From: Bdellovibrionota bacterium
GTDB lineage: Bacteria; Bdellovibrionota_C; UBA2361
DNA: 25,479 nucleotides
Direction: 5' to 3'
Assembly: GCA_044352465.1 (NCBI GenBank)
Contig: JBILDU010000038.1
Location: 1 to 25,479, forward strand
Notes under the pieces: model-generated
The model's database searches: none
Told to the model about the DNA's origin: nothing
What the model saw: the letters and a program-made list of their open reading frames with translations, nothing else
Made by a program: the position numbers and the translations under genes
Shown here: positions 20,095 to 25,479 of the stretch, in pieces
Numbering within the stretch: position 1 is the first letter of the stretch
How the letters are laid out: the number at the start of each line of letters is the position of its first letter

Positions 20095-20775
20095 ATGAAA
20101 CACGTCGCTCTTCTTGCCGTCTCTTTAGCGTCTATAGTGGTAGCAAACCCGGCGTTCGCAGGGCCGCTACGTGATGCGGCGAGCGCGGTGGGTGATGCGG
20201 TCGGTTACGTCGGTGAGACGGTGGGGGATACCGCCTCTGCGATCGGTGAGGGGGTGAAAGATGCGGCGAAGACGGTCACCGGCAAAAACGATCCGCACGC
20301 GACCCGGTTAGAAGTCGACGCAGTCGCAGGGAAGACTCTCGAGGCGGTGCTCGGGAAGAGCGGAGCGGCGAAGGCGCTCTTCGAGAAGAGCTATGGCTAC
20401 GCTGTTTTCGATTCGCGAAAAAGCTCGTTCCTGATAACGACCGGCAAGGGGATCGGCGTTGCCGTTCGCAAGGACTCGGGTGAGCGGATCTATATGCATG
20501 TTGCAACCCTAGGCGCGAATCTTGGCGCGGGGGTGCAGTTCTATCAGGGGCTCTTCCTTTTTGAGACCAAAGCGGCTTTCGATGCCTTTGTGAACCAGGG
20601 TTGGCAGGCAGATGCTGGTGCGGGTGCGACGCTCGGGAAAGCCTCGCTGGAGGCCCAGGCGAAGTTCACCAACGGAATGGCGTACTACCAGCTCTCGGAG
20701 ACCGGGATTTTGCTCGATGCGACCCTCTCGGGGACAAAGTATTGGAAGAGCGCCGAGCTCAACGAACACGCTTGA
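20095..20775 (+). CDS. Exported YSC84/SYLF-like lipid-binding domain protein
   Basis: Signal peptide (..NPAFA-G), LFEKSYGYAVF, G.GVAV, YMHVATLGANLGAG, FLFETKAAFDAFVNQGW, GM.YYQL.E.G......L.GTKYW. Confidence 0.75.
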   Translation: MKHVALLAVSLASIVVANPAFAGPLRDAASAVGDAVGYVGETVGDTASAIGEGVKDAAKTVTGKNDPHATRLEVDAVAGKTLEAVLGKSGAAKALFEKSYGYAVFDSRKSSFLITTGKGIGVAVRKDSGERIYMHVATLGANLGAGVQFYQGLFLFETKAAFDAFVNQGWQADAGAGATLGKASLEAQAKFTNGMAYYQLSETGILLDATLSGTKYWKSAELNEHA

Positions 20776-20969
20776 ACCGTCGCTGCGGCGTCATCCAAAC
20801 GCTGGCCTAGTGAGGCTGGCTTTTTTAGCCCGCGGGTTGCGACGCCTCAGTCGATATCTCCCCCGTGACAAGAGCCGTGATATCTCGTAAGTTTTCATCG
20901 AGCTCGGCGAGTACACGGCATTTCAAATATACTTGAGCGTCGAGTGAAATCTTTTTAGAGAGAATCATT

Positions 20970-21932
20970 ATGTTCAGTTCCTACCCCGGGCGTGTTGGCC
21001 ACAGCCTGCTCCTGATTGCCGCGGCGATTTGTGTTCCCTCCCTTGCTATCGCCCAGATAAGCGCTGAGGAGTTTAATGATCGGGTAAACGAGGCGGTTAA
21101 TGGAGTCACGATTTTTACGACTCAAGATACCGCGTCCTCAGGTGTCTTCTCCTTCGAGTCGGATCGTGCGGGAGAGAGCGATCGGAACCTCGATATATTG
21201 AAAGTCCCCTTTGCGCATACCTTTGGAGAGGAGGGCGAGTCGGTGCGGCCTGAGTTCCGCGCTGTCATCGGTAATTTCCAGTCAAATTATTCACCGGCAC
21301 CTCAAGTCTCTGGAGAGACGGCGGACTTCTCTCGCCTTGATGCGACAACGCTCGGGGTTTCAGGGGGAGTTGTCTGGAATGCGTGGCGGGAGCTGCGGGT
21401 CACCCCGCTCTTCGAGGTCGCGTGGACCCATCTCAAGCGTCGTTATGACTATAACAACTCTTTTAGTCAGGCGAATCTTTTGCCCTTCGATCGAGAGGCC
21501 TTTAATACCTCTGTCGATGTTTTGACCTATTCACCAAGCCTCGAGGTGGATTACACCTTCAAAGATGGCGAGACCACCTACGTGCCGAAGCTTCGCTATG
21601 CACACCTCTTTAACGATTCCGTGTCGAGTAAGAGCTCGGTAATCGATATCGATTCCGACTCAGGGCTTTTACAGACATTCCTCGATGTGAACACGCCGCT
21701 TGGCTATAACGTGAAGGGGTTTAATCTCGGTCTTCATCCCTTTATTGTTCGTACCGATGTGTTTGGTGCTGCGAAGGATGCTGAGGGTCCGAATTATTTC
21801 CATGAGATCGGAGTCGATCTTACCTTTGAGCATGGTTCTGGCTCGATCATCAGTGGTTTCTCCGTTGGCGGGTCGTACATCTTCGGTGAGGATTTTGACG
21901 GCTACCGCATTGGGTTCGGGGTCGATCTCTAA
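20970..21932 (+). CDS. Outer-membrane beta-barrel protein (solitary autotransporter-barrel-like)
   Basis: Signal peptide (..LAIA-Q), amphipathic beta strands throughout and a C-terminus G.SYIFGEDFDGYRIGFGVDL. No passenger domain. Confidence 0.65.
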   Translation: MFSSYPGRVGHSLLLIAAAICVPSLAIAQISAEEFNDRVNEAVNGVTIFTTQDTASSGVFSFESDRAGESDRNLDILKVPFAHTFGEEGESVRPEFRAVIGNFQSNYSPAPQVSGETADFSRLDATTLGVSGGVVWNAWRELRVTPLFEVAWTHLKRRYDYNNSFSQANLLPFDREAFNTSVDVLTYSPSLEVDYTFKDGETTYVPKLRYAHLFNDSVSSKSSVIDIDSDSGLLQTFLDVNTPLGYNVKGFNLGLHPFIVRTDVFGAAKDAEGPNYFHEIGVDLTFEHGSGSIISGFSVGGSYIFGEDFDGYRIGFGVDL

Positions 21933-21956
21933 AACTTCGCACCGATATTTCTAGTC

Positions 21957-21988
21957 GAAAGGGACCCCCGGGGGTCCCTTTCCTTTTT
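21957..21988 (+). terminator. Intrinsic terminator (perfect 26-bp palindrome)
   Basis: GAAAGGGACCCCCGGGGGTCCCTTTC (21957-21982) followed by CTTTTT, about 25 nt after the stop at 21932. Confidence 0.8.
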
Positions 21989-22154
21989 GGGGCATCGTCC
22001 CAGCTACCTGCATTTCGCTCTGGTATCGGTGCGACTATCCTGGCTACGCTCATATCCTGCGCGATAACGCTTTGGAAGGTGAGGACACTCACTGGAGGGG
22101 AGACGCGGGGAAGGGATGTTGGCGGCTCCTCTGTTTCAATCGGTGATTTCACTA

Positions 22155-22200
22155 TGTAAATTTGTTTTCATTTACACCGTTTTGTCGCCGGGGTGATAAT
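22155..22200 (+). promoter_or_regulatory. Putative sigma70 promoter of the methylase with an overlapping inverted repeat
   Basis: TTTACA (22171-22176)-18 nt-GATAAT (22195-22200). TGTAAAT-N8-ATTTACA (22155-22176) overlaps the -35 box. Confidence 0.45.
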
Positions 22201-22230
22201 TACTCTTGGAGTAGATTGAAGGGAAGAAAA

Positions 22231-23121
22231 GTGAACGACGGGGCGAATGCAGCATCGCAAAAGAAGCCAGACGGTGCGCTCGGGCGCAACGTTTCGGTGC
22301 GCCGAAGCGCAGGTCCCCGTCCCTTTGTAAAGTGGGTAGGGGGTAAGGGACAGCTCCTTGGGCATCTTCTCAGCAAATCTCCCCAGAACTACGGGCGATA
22401 CTTTGAGCCTTTCCTCGGAGGCGGCGCTTTTTTTTTCGGTCTTCGACCGGCAAAGGCGTCGCTTTCGGATATGAATGCAGAGTTGATAAATACTTACCGA
22501 GTCGTGCGCGATTCGGTTGAGGAATTGATTGTAGAGTTGGAGCGCCATCGCTACGACGAGAGTTATTACTACGCTATCAGGGATTGGGATCGGTCACTCG
22601 ATTACAGTGACCGTTCTCCCGTTGCACGGGCCGGACGATTCATCTACCTCAACAAAACCGGATTTAATGGACTCCATCGGGTGAATTCGAAGGGACATTT
22701 TAATGTACCCTTCGGTACCTACAAAAATCCGACGATTTTGGATGCGGCGAATCTGCGGCGTTGTAGCGCCGCGTTGGCGGGTGTCGAGATCGACGTAGCC
22801 GGGTACTCGTCCGTCGAGGCAAAAGTGGAAGCGGGCGACTTCATTTATTTCGACCCTCCGTATGCACCGTTGACTGCGACGGCGAATTTTACGAGCTACA
22901 CAGCTCACGGTTTCGATCGAGTTGAACAGGAGAATTTGCGAGATCTCTGCATTCGCCTCGACCGAAGGGGGGTTCGCTTTATCGTCTCGAATTCCTCAGC
23001 TCCCTTGATTCTTAATCTCTATGCTCAATTCCGCCTCGAACTCGTCGACGCGCGGCGCTTCGTGAACTCCCAAGCTTTAGGGCGCGGGCCGGTCAAAGAA
23101 GTGATCGCAACAAATTTCTAG
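22231..23121 (+). CDS. dam: Dam/DpnM-family (D12 class) N6-adenine DNA methyltransferase, probably GATC-specific
   Basis: PFVKWVGGK, YFEPFLGGGA (motif I), SDMNAELIN.Y, IYLNKTGFNGLHRVNSKGHFNVPFG (Dam-like recognition hairpin), IYFDPPY (motif IV), VSNS. Likely GTG start at 22231 after a purine-rich RBS; the ORF track starts at 22162. Confidence 0.92.
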   Translation: MNDGANAASQKKPDGALGRNVSVRRSAGPRPFVKWVGGKGQLLGHLLSKSPQNYGRYFEPFLGGGAFFFGLRPAKASLSDMNAELINTYRVVRDSVEELIVELERHRYDESYYYAIRDWDRSLDYSDRSPVARAGRFIYLNKTGFNGLHRVNSKGHFNVPFGTYKNPTILDAANLRRCSAALAGVEIDVAGYSSVEAKVEAGDFIYFDPPYAPLTATANFTSYTAHGFDRVEQENLRDLCIRLDRRGVRFIVSNSSAPLILNLYAQFRLELVDARRFVNSQALGRGPVKEVIATNF

Positions 23122-23159
23122 CCCCCCATTCTCAGAGACTAGCCCCCTATTCTCAGAGA
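23118..23159 (+). repeat. 21-bp tandem duplication overlapping the methylase stop codon
   Basis: CTAGCCCCCCATTCTCAGAGA (23118-23138) and CTAGCCCCCTATTCTCAGAGA (23139-23159), one mismatch. Confidence 0.9.
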
Positions 23160-23268
23160 CTCAGCGTTTACTGAGGTATCAGAGTGTTTTGTGGTTATGA
23201 GTAAGGGAAGGGTGTGTGTAGGGGTAGCGTCTCTGGCGGTTGGTTTGTGGGAGTTAGTGGTGTTTGCG

Positions 23269-23328
23269 GTCAACTCGCGCGGCTCCGCCCGTGGCCCCGT
23301 TAAAGAGGTAATCGTGTCGAATTTTTGA
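23269..23328 (+). pseudogene. Fragment encoding the C-terminus of a second Dam-family methylase
   Basis: Translates VNSRGSARGPVKEVIVSNF* versus VNSQALGRGPVKEVIATNF* at 23062-23121: 13/19 identical residues and the stop at the same position. Confidence 0.8.
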
Positions 23329-23350
23329 GTGTTCCTGGTGATGATCCCGT

Positions 23351-23851
23351 GTGATCCTCTGCGCTACCGGTGCGAGGGCCGCGAATAAAAAGCGCCAAGC
23401 ACCTGAGGATGCCGTTATCTCCCTCTTTGTCCGGCACGGATTCAAGGAGGTGCGACACTCCGAGTGGAAGCGGCGCCCATTGGATTGGGGCGAGGAGGTA
23501 CTCATCAGACATGCTCCCTATACTTCGATTTACGGGCATCGCGCCAAGACCGAGTTTCTTGTTGTCTCGAAGCGCCTCGGCCGCACCATCCGGATCGAGT
23601 GCAAATGGCAACAGTCCCCCGGTTCTGTCGATGAGAAGTTCCCGTATGTATATCTTAACTGCGCGCAGGCGATACCGGAAAATGAGATCATCATTCTTGC
23701 GGATGGTGGCGGGGCAAAACATGAGGCGCTTCGATGGCTGAGGGACGTCGCCCGTTCGCGATGGCTTCTTCCAGAAAATCAGTCTGATAAAACGATCGCG
23801 GTGATGACTCTTGCGGAGTTTTTCACGTGGGCGAATAAGACTCTTCGGTAG
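23351..23851 (+). CDS. PD-(D/E)XK superfamily nuclease, putative restriction endonuclease partner of the methylase
   Basis: PYTSIYGH..KTEFL, IRIECKWQQSPGSVDEKFPY.YLN (ExK active-site motif), IIILADGGG. Co-oriented downstream of the Dam-family MTase. The start codon is uncertain (GTG, no clear RBS). Confidence 0.75.
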   Translation: MILCATGARAANKKRQAPEDAVISLFVRHGFKEVRHSEWKRRPLDWGEEVLIRHAPYTSIYGHRAKTEFLVVSKRLGRTIRIECKWQQSPGSVDEKFPYVYLNCAQAIPENEIIILADGGGAKHEALRWLRDVARSRWLLPENQSDKTIAVMTLAEFFTWANKTLR

Positions 23852-24035
23852 GTTCGACACGGTCGAGAGCGCTTCGTGTGCCGTTCTTATGGGGTCGCGG
23901 GGTCGTCACAAGTTCAGACTAGCAGACGTCTTCCGGTGCACTCGGGCGATGAAAAATATTTGTGTATTGGATCCCTCCAACATAGAGGCGACGGGTAGAC
24001 ATCTTACGAGGCCTCTCACCGATCGAGAAGATCGA

Positions 24036-24070
24036 AAAATTTGACGTCAAATTTTAAAAAGGGATCCCTT
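24036..24070. promoter_or_regulatory. Two adjacent perfect palindromes (operator-like)
   Basis: AAAATTTGACGTCAAATTTT (24036-24055) and AAGGGATCCCTT (24059-24070) in an AT-rich intergenic patch. Confidence 0.55.
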
Positions 24071-24323
24071 AAATCCGTTACGACTTTGCGATGGCGTCCG
24101 ATCGAGGCCTACCCGATCTCCCGCTTCTCCTCATGATGCCGGTAGCTTAGGAAAATTCGGCAACTGATTCGGGGAGTTATCGACACCCCAAGCGGGGTCT
24201 TTCCGGCAACTTCTTTTGTGCTTACCTGTGACTGAGCTGTGCGCTGCGACGTATCCGACCTTATTGTGCATAACCTCTAAGGGGTAGGAGGGCAGTCGAG
24301 GCCCTCTCTTTGGGGTGGGGGAC

Positions 24324-25479
24324 ATGGAAGCATCCAAGGCACAGTTGGGGCACCGTCAGGTGGCGAGCGGCGCTAGTCCGCATATCTCGCCCCGCCTAGC
24401 CGATCTCACGAGGCTTTGCGTTGAGCACAACTCGCTTGCGACCGAGCTCGCTAGGTTTGTGCCGCAAGAGATAAAGCCAGCTGAGCCACCGCGGCCGACC
24501 TCGACGATTTGGGGGGCAGCGCTGAGGCTATTTGGATTCGCTGAGGAGAGGAAGGTCCCACCCGCGCCGGTACGCTACACCGAGTTTAGCAGTGAGAAGT
24601 TAAATCGAATCGAAGATCTTGCATCCGAAATTAGGCAGCGGGATCTCGGAGCTGCAGTGAGCCGAGCGACACCGGAGGATCTTAAGAGATCGGGGTGGCG
24701 GAGCGTATCGGATATCGTGGCAAGTTTTGTTCAAGGCCGTACTCCTGCGTCGGATGTCGTACGCCAAGTCGACGCCGTCGGTCTCCTAAAAAACCTGGCG
24801 CGCCTGAGCAGTGGCATCACGGTATCATCCAACCCCGCGCTCGCCGAAGTTCGCACAGTGGCCGAAACCTTGCGCGAATCAGCTCGTGTGGGGAAAATCC
24901 AATGTGCTTTTTGCACTGTCGAAAGTGCTCTCCATCGTTATGGCGCTGGGTGTCCGACAGGCTCCTTGAGACAGGTAGAATTCTGGAAGGAGGTCCCTGC
25001 AGGAAAGATCGTGGAACTGGTAAACGGTCTTGAGGCTTGGCTCACCCGGGAGCGTCAGACCGCGGCGGGGATTCAAGATGCGGCGGGGGTCATCGCTTCA
25101 AATCGTGTTCTTTCTAATGAGGCGCGGGCGGTGTTTTTTGAAAGCGTGCTTACCCGTTGCGGGTTATCAAATCTTCCGGTCGAGGTCCTGGCGACGCACG
25201 GGGCCCTATCCTCGGGGGGCATCTCGGGTTCCCTCGAGAATTTTCTTGCGCGATCGGAGCTGGGATGGCCGCGGGATATCGCCCAAGGAGATATCTCGCG
25301 GGCGCTTGAGCGGGCGTTACAGTCGGCCGAGCTCCCGGGATTCAGCCCGATGTCTTATTTTCAAAGAGTAGCGAAACGGGCGGCGGAGCTGGTGCCCCTC
25401 GAGGTTGGACATTCGAGTAAAGAGATGCCGAGACCGATCGATCGGGCTCTTGAGCAGTTTAAAAATGGTGAGGGTGCGA
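24324..25479 (+). CDS. Hypothetical protein, partial (runs off the window end; absent from the ORF track)
   Basis: ATG at 24324 after GGGGTGGGGGAC. I read the frame as open for 385 codons to the window edge: MEASKAQLGHRQVASGASPHISPRLADLTRLC...DRALEQFKNGEGA. No family recognised. Confidence 0.75.
   Translation, partial: MEASKAQLGHRQVASGASPHISPRLADLTRLCVEHNSLATELARFVPQEIKPAEPPRPTSTIWGAALRLFGFAEERKVPPAPVRYTEFSSEKLNRIEDLASEIRQRDLGAAVSRATPEDLKRSGWRSVSDIVASFVQGRTPASDVVRQVDAVGLLKNLARLSSGITVSSNPALAEVRTVAETLRESARVGKIQCAFCTVESALHRYGAGCPTGSLRQVEFWKEVPAGKIVELVNGLEAWLTRERQTAAGIQDAAGVIASNRVLSNEARAVFFESVLTRCGLSNLPVEVLATHGALSSGGISGSLENFLARSELGWPRDIAQGDISRALERALQSAELPGFSPMSYFQRVAKRAAELVPLEVGHSSKEMPRPIDRALEQFKNGEGA

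Noticed and set aside
20887..20913. Possible third sigma28-like site (GTAA-N15-GGCGAGTA) before the 20970 gene
   Set aside because: Both boxes deviate from consensus and it does not match the two stronger sites.
23118..23161. Mini CRISPR array
   Set aside because: Only two directly abutting copies with no spacer and no cas genes.
23062..23328. Dam end and its copy as a DGR variable/template repeat pair
   Set aside because: Differences are mostly synonymous third positions and are not adenine-specific; no reverse transcriptase in the window.
23852..24323. tRNA or integration site after the nuclease (GGTTCGA at about 23851)
   Set aside because: No cloverleaf, acceptor stem or CCA end could be built, and there is no integrase nearby.
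24695..25371. Track ORFs 24695-25033, 24731-24916, 24879-25076, 25030-25371
   Set aside because: Alternate-frame or antisense overlaps of the longer continuous ORF starting at 24324.

Overview
Bacterial chromosomal window; the rpoB/rpoC sequences look deltaproteobacterial-type (inference, not searched). It opens with the 3' end of rpoB and complete rpoC, followed by a convergent orphan cheY. Next are a 1585-aa secreted modular protein (Ig-like, PKD, beta-propeller, di-haem cytochrome c, probable CBM, Pro/Thr linker, Ig-like) behind a sigma54-type promoter, an sbtA-sbtB-like bicarbonate transporter/PII-like pair, two secreted hypothetical genes and an ArnT/GT39-like glycosyltransferase. A sulfatase island follows: HAD phosphatase, Cys-type arylsulfatase, outer-membrane barrel, formylglycine-generating enzyme, SYLF/YSC84 protein and a second barrel. 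The window ends with a Dam-family adenine methyltransferase plus a PD-(D/E)XK nuclease, and a long unlisted ORF running off the right edge. The most notable observations are (1) a synonymously diverged second copy of the Dam C-terminus between the methylase and the nuclease, next to a 21-bp tandem duplication; (2) a sigma28-like promoter motif shared by cheY and the secreted-protein pair, the latter bracketed by an inverted repeat that could mask its RBS; and (3) the architecture of the giant di-haem protein. I found no rRNA, tRNA, CRISPR array, integrase or transposase. All family assignments come from motifs read by eye.
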